This document shows, piece after piece, positions 45,398 through 59,138 of a stretch of DNA of 64,000 bases (its first letter is position 1; every line of letters begins with the position of its first letter). The position numbers were made by a program, and so were the translations under genes. Below the pieces are notes generated by a model. The model did not search any database. It was given only the letters and a program-made list of their open reading frames with translations, and was not told the DNA's origin. This DNA comes from Nannocystis bainbridge (GTDB lineage: Bacteria; Myxococcota_A; Polyangia; Nannocystales; Nannocystaceae), in assembly GCF_028368995.1 (NCBI RefSeq), contig NZ_JAQNDL010000001.1, forward strand, positions 1,632,001 to 1,696,000, read 5' to 3'.

Positions 45398-48370
45398 ATG
45401 GACCCCGAGCGCCCAGGCCCGCGCCCCGGCGCGCTGTCGGACCTCGAGGCGAAGCTGCTGGCGGCCAGGGTCGGCGGGCGCCTGTTCCAGCGGCCCGCCG
45501 AGCCGGTCCAGCTGGGCCGCTACCGCCTGCTCGGGCGCCTCGGCCAGGGCGGGATGAGCGTGGTGTTCCGCGCCCACGACCCGCAGCTGCGCCGCGAGGT
45601 CGCGGTCAAGCTGCTGCACGCGCCGCGCGGCCAGCCCGACCCGGAGCAGTTGGCCCGCCTGCGCCGCGAGGCCCAGGCGCTGGGCCGGCTGTCGCACCCC
45701 AACGTGGTCCAGGTGTTCGAGATCGGCGAGGCCGAGGGGCAGTCGTTCGTGGTGATGGAGCTGGTCCGCGGGACGACGCTGCGCGAGTGGCTGGCCGAGC
45801 GCCCGCGGACGCCGGCAGAGACGGTGGCGATGGTGTCGCAGGCCGGGCGCGGGCTGGCGGCGGCCCACGCGGCGGGGATCATCCACCGCGACTTCAAGCC
45901 GGAGAACGTGTTGGTCGGCGCCGACGGGCGTGCGCGCGTGGTCGATTTCGGGCTGGCGCGCGCGAACCCGGGGGCGCCGGCGGACACGGCGACGGGCAGC
46001 CTCGACGCGCCGCTCACGAAATCGGGCACGGTGCTGGGCACGCCGGCGTTCATGGCCCCGGAGCAGCTGCGCGACCCGGGCCGCGCCGACGCCCGGGCCG
46101 ACCAGTTCAGCTTCTGCGTGATGGCCTGGGAGGCGCTGCACGGCGAGCGGCCGTTCGAGGACCTGGCCGCGGTGGCGGCCGGCCGAATGCGGCCGCCGCC
46201 GCCCGGGACGCCAGTGCCGGCGGCCCTGCGCGAGGCGCTGGCCCGCGGGCTGCGGACCGACCCTGCCGAGCGCTGGCCGACGATGGACGCGCTGCTGGCG
46301 GCGCTGGCGGCCGCGGACGGCCGACGGGCTGCCGGCGGCCGCCGACGCTGGCTGCTGGCGGCCGGGGCCCTGGCGCTGGTGACGGGGGCGCTGCTGGGCG
46401 GCCGGGCCTGGTCGGCGCACCGCGAGGCGCGGGCGGCCGAGGAGCTGGCGGCGGCGCTCGAGCAGCGGCTGGCAGGGCTGCTGGCGGCCGGCCAGGTCGA
46501 GCGCGCCGGCCACGTGCTGGCCGAGGCGAGCGAGGCGCAGGCCGCTCGCGCCTGGGCGAGCTGGGCCCGGCTGATCGAGCAGACGCCCGGGCAGCCAGCG
46601 CGCGAGGCGTGGGCCCACGCGTACGTGTTCGCGCGCGCGGACGCGCAGGCCCGGGAGACGGCCCTGCTCGGGCTGGCGCGGGCGACCCTGGCGAGGCGCG
46701 AGGATGGGCGCAGGCGCGCGCCCGGTCAGGCAGCCGCGCTGCTGGCCTTGATCGGCGCCGAGGCGCCGGGCCTGCTCGCTACCCCCGAGCTGGCGCCGCT
46801 GCACGCCGCCGCCCGGACGGCCGGCGAGGCCTCCCCGCGGCTCGACCTGGCCCAGCGGCTCGCCGAAGCCGAGGCGCCGCCCGAGGTGGTCGCGCTGGCC
46901 CGGGCCGGGTTGCTCGACCTGGCGGCGGCCACCCTGCTGACCCTGGCGGACCGGGCCGAGGCGCCCACCCGCGCGCGCTGGCGCCTGGCGGCGGCCACCC
47001 TGCTCGCGGCCGCGCACGACTCGCCGCGCGCCCTCGCCCTCGCCCTGGCGGCCGCCGAGGAGCCCACGATCCGCGACGCCGCGCTGGCCGAGCTGGTCGC
47101 CCTCCATGCGCGCGACGGCCACCTCGAGGCCGCTGCCGAGGCTCTGGCGACCCGGCTGCGCGAGTCGAGCGCGGCGGGCCCCGAGGCCCAGGCGCTGCGG
47201 GAGCGTCTGGCGACGACCCTGGCCGCCCGCGCGCGCCTGTCGCTGCGCTTCGGCGAGGCCGACGCGTGGACCGTGGTCGACCCCGCGGCCGTGCGCGGCG
47301 ACCCCATCGATCGCGCGCTGCTGGTCACGGCCGACGCCGGTGTGCTCGCGGCCTGGCCGCTCGAGCTCCGCGGCGATCGCCTGCTCGTGGAGGTGACGCT
47401 GAGCCCGTCCTCGCTGGTCGCCGGCGCCGCCTTCACGCTGGCCGTGACCCAGGGCGACGCGACGGCCCAGGTCGGCCTGCGCGTCGAGCACGAGCTGACG
47501 CTGACCTGCGCCGGACCTGCTCCTGGCGCCGCCGCCGTCACGCCGCTCGGCTCCGTGCACGCCGACCAGACCTTCCCCGGGCTCGGCCTGCAGCTCGACC
47601 TCGACATCACCGGCGGCACCGCCACCTGTCGCGGACTCGACCCCGCGCGCACGATCGTCGCCCGCGACATCGTCGCTCTGCGCGGCACCTGGTCGCCCGG
47701 GCCGGCCGCCCTCGAGCTGCGCGGCGCGGACACCCCGCTGGCGCCGCGCATGCGCCTGCGAATCACCGCCATCGACCTGCTCGGCGCCACTCTCGGCGCC
47801 TCGCCGGCCGCCTCGCCGTGGCTGCGAGCCGCCGCCTCGCTGGTCGACGGCGACGCCCACGCGGCGAGCGAACAGCTCGCGCAGATCCCCGAACCACGCG
47901 CTCGCTTGTGGCAGGCGATCGCCGCCATCCGTCTCGGTCGCGCGCAGGCCGTCGCCGCTTCGCTGGAGCGCGCTCTCGTCGAAGCCCCCGACCTCGAGCT
48001 CGAGCTGCAGCGATGGTTGCGCGACGATCCCGACGGCCTCGCGCCGGGCCTGCGGCACGCGCTCGGCGAGGCGCGCTACCTCCAGCTGTTCGCGCGCGCG
48101 TGGAGTCACGAGCTCGGCGCACCGATCCTCGAGCCCGCGCTCGTGCGGCGGATCCTCGCCGAGCTCGGCGGCCTCGACGGGCGCTGCTCCGGCGCTGCCG
48201 CGTGCGCCGAGCTGCACCGCGCGCACGGCAGGGCGCTGGCGCAGATCGGCGAACCAGCGCGCGCTCGCCGGGCCTTCGAGGCGGCGCTCGCGGTCGCGCC
48301 GGCCGACGCTCCGGGTCGTGCGCTGGCCAGCCAGCTCGTCCTCGACCTCGCTCTGGTCAACGCACCATGA
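45398..48370 (+). CDS. Membrane Ser/Thr kinase with helical and beta-rich extracytoplasmic region
   Basis: GQGGMS, VAVK, HRDFKPEN, DFG, GTPAFMAPEQ, TM helix. Confidence 0.9.
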   Translation: MDPERPGPRPGALSDLEAKLLAARVGGRLFQRPAEPVQLGRYRLLGRLGQGGMSVVFRAHDPQLRREVAVKLLHAPRGQPDPEQLARLRREAQALGRLSHPNVVQVFEIGEAEGQSFVVMELVRGTTLREWLAERPRTPAETVAMVSQAGRGLAAAHAAGIIHRDFKPENVLVGADGRARVVDFGLARANPGAPADTATGSLDAPLTKSGTVLGTPAFMAPEQLRDPGRADARADQFSFCVMAWEALHGERPFEDLAAVAAGRMRPPPPGTPVPAALREALARGLRTDPAERWPTMDALLAALAAADGRRAAGGRRRWLLAAGALALVTGALLGGRAWSAHREARAAEELAAALEQRLAGLLAAGQVERAGHVLAEASEAQAARAWASWARLIEQTPGQPAREAWAHAYVFARADAQARETALLGLARATLARREDGRRRAPGQAAALLALIGAEAPGLLATPELAPLHAAARTAGEASPRLDLAQRLAEAEAPPEVVALARAGLLDLAAATLLTLADRAEAPTRARWRLAAATLLAAAHDSPRALALALAAAEEPTIRDAALAELVALHARDGHLEAAAEALATRLRESSAAGPEAQALRERLATTLAARARLSLRFGEADAWTVVDPAAVRGDPIDRALLVTADAGVLAAWPLELRGDRLLVEVTLSPSSLVAGAAFTLAVTQGDATAQVGLRVEHELTLTCAGPAPGAAAVTPLGSVHADQTFPGLGLQLDLDITGGTATCRGLDPARTIVARDIVALRGTWSPGPAALELRGADTPLAPRMRLRITAIDLLGATLGASPAASPWLRAAASLVDGDAHAASEQLAQIPEPRARLWQAIAAIRLGRAQAVAASLERALVEAPDLELELQRWLRDDPDGLAPGLRHALGEARYLQLFARAWSHELGAPILEPALVRRILAELGGLDGRCSGAAACAELHRAHGRALAQIGEPARARRAFEAALAVAPADAPGRALASQLVLDLALVNAP

Positions 48371-48471
48371 CACCAGAGTCGCGGCGCATCGCCGTGATCG
48401 TTCCTCGATCGCCGCGATCGTCTCCGCCGCAGTTGACGGGCCCGCACCCGCGTGCTGTGCTCCCCCGAGTG

Positions 48472-49410
48472 ATGCGCGGATCGTCCTGGTTGTGGGGCCT
48501 GTGTGGTGGAGCGCTGCTGTGCGGCTGCGGCGACGACGGCGACACCTCGACCGGTGGGCAGATGATGTACACCACCCACGGCAGCGTCAGCGACGGCCTC
48601 TCGCAGGTCGGTGACATCATCGCCGCGCCTGGCGACGGCGTGTTCGGCGTCCAGAGCGGCACCGGGGTCGGCCAGATCCGCGACGGCTGGACCGTCGAAT
48701 ACCAGAAGGTCCTCGTCTCGCTCGGCAGCGTCACCCTCAGCACCGCCGGCGCCAGCGACGTCGAGATCGTCGCCGACTACGTGATCGACCTGCAGAGCCT
48801 GCCGACGAGCGGCGCCCTCCTCGATCACGCCGATGGCCGCCCGCGCCCGTCCTCGATCGGCTTCACGTTGACGCAGGCGGACCCCGATCGGGTCCGGCCG
48901 CTGTCGCCCTTCACCCTCGAGCAGGACGCCGCGCTGATGGCCAAGAACGGTTATGCGGTCTACGTCGAGGGCACGATCGAGAAGGCCGACGGCAGGTCGT
49001 GTCGGCCCGAAGCGCCGGCCGACTGCGCGCCGGCGCCGAGCGTCAAGTTCCGCTGGGGTCTGCCGAACGGCGTGGCCTACGACGATTGCGTATGGACCGA
49101 CCCCGCCGCCGCCAGCCAGAGCGTCAGGCTGGCGTTCCCGGCCGTGACCTGGCTGCAGACCTCGATCGGCGCCGAGCGCCCGACCCTGCGCGCGCAGTGG
49201 ATCGCCGACGCCGACCTCGACCGCGACGGCGAGACGACCCTCGCCGAGCTGCAGCAGATCGACGCCACCACCCTGCTGACGCGCCGCCGCGGCTACGACC
49301 TCGCCGGCGCGGCCGGCCCGGTCGCCACGGTCCACGATTTCCTGCGCGAGCAGGTGCGGGCCATGGCGGTGCGCAGCTGGGGCGAGTGCGGCACGATCCG
49401 CGACCTCTGA
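48472..49410 (+). CDS. Hypothetical lipoprotein
   Basis: LLCGC lipobox; DGWTVEYQKVLVSLG; EF-hand-like DLDRDGETTLAEL. Confidence 0.7.
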   Translation: MRGSSWLWGLCGGALLCGCGDDGDTSTGGQMMYTTHGSVSDGLSQVGDIIAAPGDGVFGVQSGTGVGQIRDGWTVEYQKVLVSLGSVTLSTAGASDVEIVADYVIDLQSLPTSGALLDHADGRPRPSSIGFTLTQADPDRVRPLSPFTLEQDAALMAKNGYAVYVEGTIEKADGRSCRPEAPADCAPAPSVKFRWGLPNGVAYDDCVWTDPAAASQSVRLAFPAVTWLQTSIGAERPTLRAQWIADADLDRDGETTLAELQQIDATTLLTRRRGYDLAGAAGPVATVHDFLREQVRAMAVRSWGECGTIRDL

Positions 49411-49578
49411 CAGCACGTTTCACGTGGCTCGATGCGAGGATGACCTGCGCGCGGCGGCTCCAGCCGTCGCGCGCTCGCTGTGAGGCACGGACACTGCCGG
49501 TAGCGAGCCGGGCGAACGTGCAGAGCGCGCCCCGTCGCTGGAGCGCGCTTTCACGGGCGTAGCGGTTTGCGGCCGGTT

Positions 49579-49750
49579 GCCGCAATTCGTGGTTCCCCTG
49601 CGCGGCCGGTCACCGCGAATCGCGGCTCACCCCGGCGCTGATGATTGCGGCGATTCTCGGTTCGCTGCCTTCTCGGCCTTTTGCCACGATTCGCGGCTCA
49701 CCCTTCGCGGCCCTCCGCCACGATTCACGCTGCGACCCGCACGGCCCTCC
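49579..49750. repeat. Degenerate ~34-bp tandem repeat, 5 units
   Basis: Units with a GCCRCGATTCGCGGYTC-like head begin at 49579, 49612, 49647, 49683, 49717. Confidence 0.55.
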
Positions 49751-49769
49751 GGGCCACGCCGACGAATCA

Positions 49770-49790
49770 CTGCATGTCCCGAGAGACACC
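49770..49790. repeat. 14-bp-period CATG element (1.5 units)
   Basis: gcatgtcccgagagacac; CATG at 49773, CACC at 49787. Confidence 0.5.
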
Positions 49791-49814
49791 CGTCCTTCGC
49801 CGCCGCGCCCTGCG

Positions 49815-51281
49815 TCACTCCGCCGCCTGGTGGTGCCCCTCGCCTTGCGAGCCGAACGGCTCCAGCGCCAGCGCCAGCTCGTCGACCGAGGCGAAGCGCT
49901 TGTTGCGGTCCTTTTGCAGGCAGCGCACCACGACCTGCGCCAGCGCCTCCGGCACGTCGGGCCGGTGCAGCGGGAGGCGCGGCGGTTGGGCCGTCAGCAG
50001 CTGCGCGCACACCTCGACCACCGACTCGGCCTCGAACGGGCGGAAGCCTGCAAGCATCTCGAACAAGATCACCCCGAGCGACCACACGTCGCTGCGGACA
50101 TCGACCGTCGAGCTCTCCACCAATTGTTCGGGCGACATGTAATGCGGCGAGCCGGCCCGGCTCAGCTTGGACGCCGCGTCCTCGGGCCCCTCCTCCTGTC
50201 GCCACGGCCGCGCCACCCCGAAATCGAGCACCTTGACGATCGGGGGGCCGGCCTCGCTGCGCGTCAAGAACAGGTTCGAGGGCTTCAGGTCGAGGTGCAA
50301 GATGCCCGCCGCGTGCACCTGCGCCACCCCCGCGCACGCCTGCAGCATCAGGTCCGCCACCTCGTGCGACGGCAGCCCGCCGCGTCGGTCCAGCAGCGAG
50401 TCGAGGTCCTCGCCGTCGAGCCGCTCCATGACGATGAAGGGCGCCCCGTTGCCGAGGTTGCCGGCGTCGAGGATCCGCGTGATGTGGTCGCCGCGCAGGC
50501 GCATGAGCACGCGCGCCTCGTGGACGAATTTCTCGAGCATCTCGGCGTCGCTGCGGGTCGCGGGCAGCAGGAACTTGATCGCCACCGGGCTCTTGGTCTC
50601 GAGATCGGTCGCCCCGACCACCAGGCCCATGCCGCCCACGCCGATGATGTCGCCGAGCCGGTAGCGGCCCGCGATCGTGTCGAGCGGCAGCGGCGTCTCG
50701 CGCAGGACGTCGCTCAGCACCGTGCGGCTGGCCGAGGGCGAGCGCGGCAGCTCCGACGGCCCCGTGAGCTGGTGCTTGAGCGCCGACAGCTGCCGGCGCA
50801 GGCGCAGCTCGGTCGACAGCTGGCGGGCCAGCAGCGCCAGCGCCTCGAGCTGTTTGGCCGACAGCTGGCGCGGCACGCGGTCGATCACGCAGAGGGTGCC
50901 GACCGCGACCCCGTCGTCGAGCACCAGCGGGACGCCGGCGTAGAAGCGAATGCTCGGATCGGAGGTGACCAGCGGATTGTCGGCGAAGCGGGCGTCCTTC
51001 AGCGCGTCGGGGACCACCAGCGGGTCGGCCGGATCGAGGATCGCGTGGGCGCAGAACGCCTGCTCGCGCGGCGTCTCCGACACGCTCAGGCCGATCCGCG
51101 ACTTGAACCATTGCCGCTTGTCGTCGACCAGGGTGACGAGCCCGATCGGCGTCGAGCACACCTGCGTGGCCAGGCGGGCGATATCGTCGTACGCGGGCTC
51201 GGGCTCGCTGTCGAGGACTCCGCACCGCTCGAGCGCCTCCAGGCGCTCGCGCTCGTTGATCGGCTTGGACGGGACCAGCAT
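49815..51281 (-). CDS. GAF-domain Ser/Thr protein kinase (cytoplasmic)
   Basis: NERERLEAL...AFCAHAIL...DARFADNPLV..IRFYAGVPL GAF; GVGGMG, HLDLKPSN, DFG, YMSPEQ. Confidence 0.92.
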   Translation of the reverse strand: MLVPSKPINERERLEALERCGVLDSEPEPAYDDIARLATQVCSTPIGLVTLVDDKRQWFKSRIGLSVSETPREQAFCAHAILDPADPLVVPDALKDARFADNPLVTSDPSIRFYAGVPLVLDDGVAVGTLCVIDRVPRQLSAKQLEALALLARQLSTELRLRRQLSALKHQLTGPSELPRSPSASRTVLSDVLRETPLPLDTIAGRYRLGDIIGVGGMGLVVGATDLETKSPVAIKFLLPATRSDAEMLEKFVHEARVLMRLRGDHITRILDAGNLGNGAPFIVMERLDGEDLDSLLDRRGGLPSHEVADLMLQACAGVAQVHAAGILHLDLKPSNLFLTRSEAGPPIVKVLDFGVARPWRQEEGPEDAASKLSRAGSPHYMSPEQLVESSTVDVRSDVWSLGVILFEMLAGFRPFEAESVVEVCAQLLTAQPPRLPLHRPDVPEALAQVVVRCLQKDRNKRFASVDELALALEPFGSQGEGHHQAAE

Positions 51282-51674
51282 TCCGGGAGCAAGTCTATGG
51301 CACGTCTCCGGCCCGCGGGAGACACCTCGCATTGGCGTCTGCTGCAGCGGTCCAGCTCGCCGCACGCCTGCACTGGACTCCGCGCCCGGACGCGAGCGTC
51401 GTTCCATTGGACATAAAACATTGTATGGAGGGCACGGCCGTCGGCCCGTACCACACCGACCGAACGCAGAGACGCGCGCGTCGGCGCGCAATCACCGGTC
51501 CGCGCGGCCCTGCAGATCCGGCTCGGCTCGCCGGCGGCGGCGCGGCGCGGCGGATGCGACGGGTGGTGATTGGTGGTACTGACAGTCACATCGGTGCATT
51601 GACGGGCGCCTCACCGGCCGTCGGGTGCGGCCAATGCAGGTCGCGGGCGCGAGTGATTCGCGGCGCCCCGGACC

Positions 51675-55001
<3,327 letters not shown>

Positions 55002-55169
55002 GCGGACCTTAGCCCGGACGGAGTACCCGCCGCCCGGGAAAAAATTGCCCGCCGGCCACAAAACCCCCGCTCGCGGATCCGCCCACCCGTGGACGCCCTC
55101 GCGGCGGGGCGCCGCCTCGCCGTGAAGCGCTCGCCCGTCTTGCGAGCGGCGCCCAGACCGCTGCGCACG

Positions 55170-55206
55170 TCACATGTCCCCATGAGCATGTCCTGAGGAC
55201 CAGGCC
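55170..55206. repeat. 14-bp-period CATG element (3 units)
   Basis: CATG at 55173 and 55187, CAGG at 55201. Confidence 0.7.
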
Positions 55207-55303
55207 GAAAATTCACGAGAGTCGATACCCGTCGACGGCCCCCGCGGGACCGAAGATTGACCTCGATCCAGGCGCGGCGGCTCGCGCCGTCACGCCCTCG
55301 GGC

Positions 55304-56398
55304 TCACGGCGGCGGGCCCACGAACGCGAGCCTGAGCTTCGCCTCCCCGCGCAAGCCATCGTCCGCCGGGAATCGCAGCAGCAGCACGTGCTCCCCCGCC
55401 TCCAGCGAGCCGCGGATCGTCTGCCCCCCGTGCGAGCCGAGGCTCTGGCTCATCGTCGCCGACGCGCAGGCTTGCAGGACCCCCTCCACCCCCGCCCCCT
55501 CGATCGTAAAATCATGAAGCCCCGCCCTGGCCACCTCGACCACGAAGGTCGCCTCGAACGCGGGCTGGCCGTCCACCAGACCGGGGCCGAAGAACGTCCC
55601 GTCGCCGCACTGACTGACCACCGACCGATCGATCGAACCTTCCGCGTCCCACGCCAGCGGCTCGCCCTCCCCGCAGCCGAGCGGTCGGTTCAGCCCGTAA
55701 ATCGGCTCGTCCATCGCCGCCAGCGCCTCGCCCCACGAGCGCCCGTAGATCGATTCGAACACCTCCACGAATTGAGGCAGCCGCGCGTCCCCCGGCAAGG
55801 CCACACGAAACGCCCGATACTTGGCGGCGCCGTCGCGCGCCACGATCGACCCGACGAAATGCTGCGCCAGCAGATAATCGAGCTCGCCGCGCTCCACCAT
55901 CGCCTCGAACGCCGCGGGGAAGCCCGCCACCACGCCCGCCGTCGACGTGCCCGACCCCAGGTGCTCCGCCAGCCCCTCGCCGAGCACCTTCGACCCCGCC
56001 TGTCCCAGCGCCGGGACCTCGACCGCGTGCACGAGCTCGTGACGATTGACGACGGTGCGCGAGACGATCAGCCCCGAGTCGCGCGATTCATCATACCGGT
56101 AGCAATCGCGCGAACGCTCGCAGGCCCACGGTTCGCCCGAGGCCGCGAACGCATCCCACACATAGCGAATCCGTCCGGTCGGGACCCCGACCCCGACCGC
56201 CCCGGCGACCGCCGCGACGAACCGCTCCTCGCGCGCGAGGAAATCATCCATGCACAGCAGCGACGCGTCGGCGTCGGTGTGAAAATCGATGAATCGGCCG
56301 CTCGCCACCAACGGTGGCAGATCCTCGCCCGCACAACCCGCCGACCCGCCGAGCAGCGCCGCCGCCGTGATCACCAGCCTCGCGCGATTGTTCGGCAC
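55304..56398 (-). CDS. Lipoprotein, putative gluzincin metallopeptidase
   Basis: SAGC lipobox; HELVH followed by EGLAEH. Confidence 0.7.
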   Translation of the reverse strand: MPNNRARLVITAAALLGGSAGCAGEDLPPLVASGRFIDFHTDADASLLCMDDFLAREERFVAAVAGAVGVGVPTGRIRYVWDAFAASGEPWACERSRDCYRYDESRDSGLIVSRTVVNRHELVHAVEVPALGQAGSKVLGEGLAEHLGSGTSTAGVVAGFPAAFEAMVERGELDYLLAQHFVGSIVARDGAAKYRAFRVALPGDARLPQFVEVFESIYGRSWGEALAAMDEPIYGLNRPLGCGEGEPLAWDAEGSIDRSVVSQCGDGTFFGPGLVDGQPAFEATFVVEVARAGLHDFTIEGAGVEGVLQACASATMSQSLGSHGGQTIRGSLEAGEHVLLLRFPADDGLRGEAKLRLAFVGPPP

Positions 56399-56816
56399 GC
56401 GTGAACGTTACTCGAAGGCGAGCCTCTCGCCCGCGCCGGCCGCACTCGCGGTCGTGCATCGGCGTGCGCCCGTGCTCGCGAGAGCGATCGCCCCGCTCGC
56501 CGCTTTCCCTGCCAACCATCGCACCACTCGGCGAATGCGCTCATGGATCCTCGGAGGCGCTGCCTGTCTCGCCTGACAGCGCATCCCTCGCCACACGCTC
56601 CCGCCATCGCACCCGCAGCGCCGGCCAGCGAATCGCCATTGCCCACGCGCCACGATCGGCCCGCGCACATGCGTAAGTCGAGGTAAGCAAGCAGCGACAC
56701 GCCCCCCTGCGCAGCGACGCGCACTGGGGCCACGAGACCTCAGGCAAGCTCGCATCCCCGGGGGGCGCATGCATCGCCCGTGGATCCACCGCATATGCTC
56801 AAGTCGTCGCGAGCCG

Positions 56817-58100
56817 ATGAGTGAAAACGCCGAGATCGCCCGCCTACAGGCGGAGAACGCCGCTCTCCGTCGCCGGGTCGCCGAGCAGGACGATCAGCGC
56901 CAGCGGCTCGAGCGCCTGCTGCAGACCACCATCGACCACGTCGATTCGCTGATCTATCTGCGCGACGCCGACGGCCTCTTCACGCACATCAATACCACCT
57001 ACGAGCGCCTGACCAGCCTCTCGCCCGCCGCCGTGATCGGCCGCCGCGACTCCGACGTGTTCCCCAAGGAGGTCTACGAGGCGTTCCGGATCGCCGACCG
57101 GCAGGTCGCCGAGTCCCTCGCCACCGTCACCCAGGAGGAGCTGCTGCCGCAGGACGACGGCATGCATTTCTTCCGCTCTTACAAGTTCCCGGTGCTCGGC
57201 GCCGACGGGCGGATGATCGCGCAAGGCGGGATCTCGACCGACCTGACCCAGCAGCGGCGCGCCGAGGCCAAGCTGCAGGCCACCAAGTCGATCTTGCAGG
57301 CGATCGTCGAGAACGCCCCGCTGGCGATCCTCGCCACCGACAGCAGCCACAAATACGTGCTGGCCAGCAACGAGGCCGCGCGCCAGGTCGGCCTCAAGCC
57401 CGAGGACGTGCTCGGCAAATACGTCACCGACATCCTCCCGCCCGGCGCGGCCGAGGCCATGCAGGACACCACCGCCCAGGTGTTCCGCACCGGCACCACC
57501 CTGGTGCTCGAGCAGAAGGTCCCGTGGGAGGGCTCCTTCAAGGTGTTCCTCACCCACATGTTCCCGATCCGCGACGACGACGGCCAGGTCGGCGCCGTCG
57601 GCACGATCGCCACCGACGTCACCGATATGCGCCGCGCCGAGAGCGAGCACCTCCGCCTGCAGGAGGAGGTCATTCACGCCCAGCGCTCGGCGCTGCTCGA
57701 GCTCTCGACCCCGATCGTCCCGATCGTCGACGGCGTGCTGGCCGTGCCGCTCATCGGCGCCATCGACCGCGAGCGCAACCAGCAGATCGCCGTCGCCGTC
57801 CTGCAGCACGTCGCGGCCACCCGCGCCGCCGTCGTCATCCTCGACCTCACCGGCGTGCGCCACGTCGAGGCCGACATCGTCGACGCCTTGATGCAGACCG
57901 TCCGGGCCATGGGCATGCTCGGCGCCGAGGCGGTCCTGACCGGCATCTCGCCCGACCTCGCCGCGATGATGGCCGACCTCGACGAGCCGCTGCGGCACAT
58001 CACCGTCCGCCAGACCTTGCAGCACGGCATCGGCCACGCCCTCACCAAGCTCCGCGAACGTCGGACCGGTCATCGCCGCAGCGCGGCAGGAGAGCATTGA
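56817..58100 (+). CDS. PAS-PAS-STAS protein (RsbR-like)
   Basis: Two PAS/PAC domains; ELSTPIVPI...PLIGAID, ILDLTGV, LTGISP. Confidence 0.9.
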   Translation: MSENAEIARLQAENAALRRRVAEQDDQRQRLERLLQTTIDHVDSLIYLRDADGLFTHINTTYERLTSLSPAAVIGRRDSDVFPKEVYEAFRIADRQVAESLATVTQEELLPQDDGMHFFRSYKFPVLGADGRMIAQGGISTDLTQQRRAEAKLQATKSILQAIVENAPLAILATDSSHKYVLASNEAARQVGLKPEDVLGKYVTDILPPGAAEAMQDTTAQVFRTGTTLVLEQKVPWEGSFKVFLTHMFPIRDDDGQVGAVGTIATDVTDMRRAESEHLRLQEEVIHAQRSALLELSTPIVPIVDGVLAVPLIGAIDRERNQQIAVAVLQHVAATRAAVVILDLTGVRHVEADIVDALMQTVRAMGMLGAEAVLTGISPDLAAMMADLDEPLRHITVRQTLQHGIGHALTKLRERRTGHRRSAAGEH

Positions 58101-58101
58101 C

Positions 58102-59103
58102 ATGAGCAGCGCCCCTTCCTCGGAGATCCCGGTCATCGACATCGGCCCGTTCGGCGACGGCGACGGCCCCGGCGCGGCCGCCGTCGCCGCGGCGTTCGAC
58201 CGCGCCTGCCGCGACCTCGGCTTCGTCGTCGTCGTCGGCCACGGGGTCCCGCAAGCGGCGATCGACGCGGCGCACCGCAGCTCCCGCGCCTTCTTCGACC
58301 TCGAGCTGGCGCAGCGCGACCGCTACGCCGCCCCGCCCGGCGGCTTCGTCGGCTACCGCGGCCTCGGGGCCGAGGGCCTGTCGTATTCGCTCGACCAGGA
58401 GACGGTGCCCGACTTCAAGGAGGCGTTCACCGTCGGCCGCATCGAGCGCGGCGACGAGCCCTACTTCACGTCGGAGATCGGTCGCATGTACATGCCCGAC
58501 CTGTCGTGGCCGACCGAGGTCCCCGAGTTCGCCGCCACCTGGACCGAGCTGTATCGCCACATGGACCGCGTCGCCTGGCGACTCATGCGCGTGTTCGCGG
58601 CCGCGCTGGCGCTCCCGCTCGGTTTCTTCGACGACAAGGTCGACCGCAACATCAGCTGCCTGCGCGCCATCAATTACCCGCACCAGTCGACCCCCGCGCA
58701 GCCGAACCAGCTCCGCGCCGGCGCCCACACCGACTACGGCAGCTTGACCCTGCTCAGCATGGAGGACGCCCCCGGCGGCCTCGAGGTCCAGCGCGCCGAC
58801 GGCTCGTGGGTGCCCGTGCGCGTCCCCTCCGACGCGTTCGTGATGAACGTCGCCGACCTCATGGCCCAGTGGACCAATGACCAGTGGCGCTCGTCGATGC
58901 ACCGGGTCGCCAATCCGCCGCCCGACGCCAATGGCAACACCCGCCGGCAATCGCTGGTGTTCTTCCACCAGCCGAATTACGACGCCGAGGTCATCCCCCT
59001 GGCGAGCTGCTGCGGCCCCGACACCCCGCCCAAGTACGCCCGCACGACCTCCGGCGAGCACCTGTTCATGAAGATGACCAAGGCCAAGAACATCAACGTG
59101 TGA
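58102..59103 (+). CDS. 2OG-Fe(II) oxygenase, isopenicillin N synthase family
   Basis: IPVIDI, ACRDLGF, HTDYGSLT, HRV, RQS. Confidence 0.92.
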   Translation: MSSAPSSEIPVIDIGPFGDGDGPGAAAVAAAFDRACRDLGFVVVVGHGVPQAAIDAAHRSSRAFFDLELAQRDRYAAPPGGFVGYRGLGAEGLSYSLDQETVPDFKEAFTVGRIERGDEPYFTSEIGRMYMPDLSWPTEVPEFAATWTELYRHMDRVAWRLMRVFAAALALPLGFFDDKVDRNISCLRAINYPHQSTPAQPNQLRAGAHTDYGSLTLLSMEDAPGGLEVQRADGSWVPVRVPSDAFVMNVADLMAQWTNDQWRSSMHRVANPPPDANGNTRRQSLVFFHQPNYDAEVIPLASCCGPDTPPKYARTTSGEHLFMKMTKAKNINV

Positions 59104-59138
59104 CCGGCCCGGGTCAGCGCGCGTAGAGACGCAGGACT

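Noticed and set aside
49579-49750. Possible CRISPR array
   Set aside because: The period is only ~34 nt, leaving no room for repeat plus unique spacer; units are degenerate and no cas genes are present.
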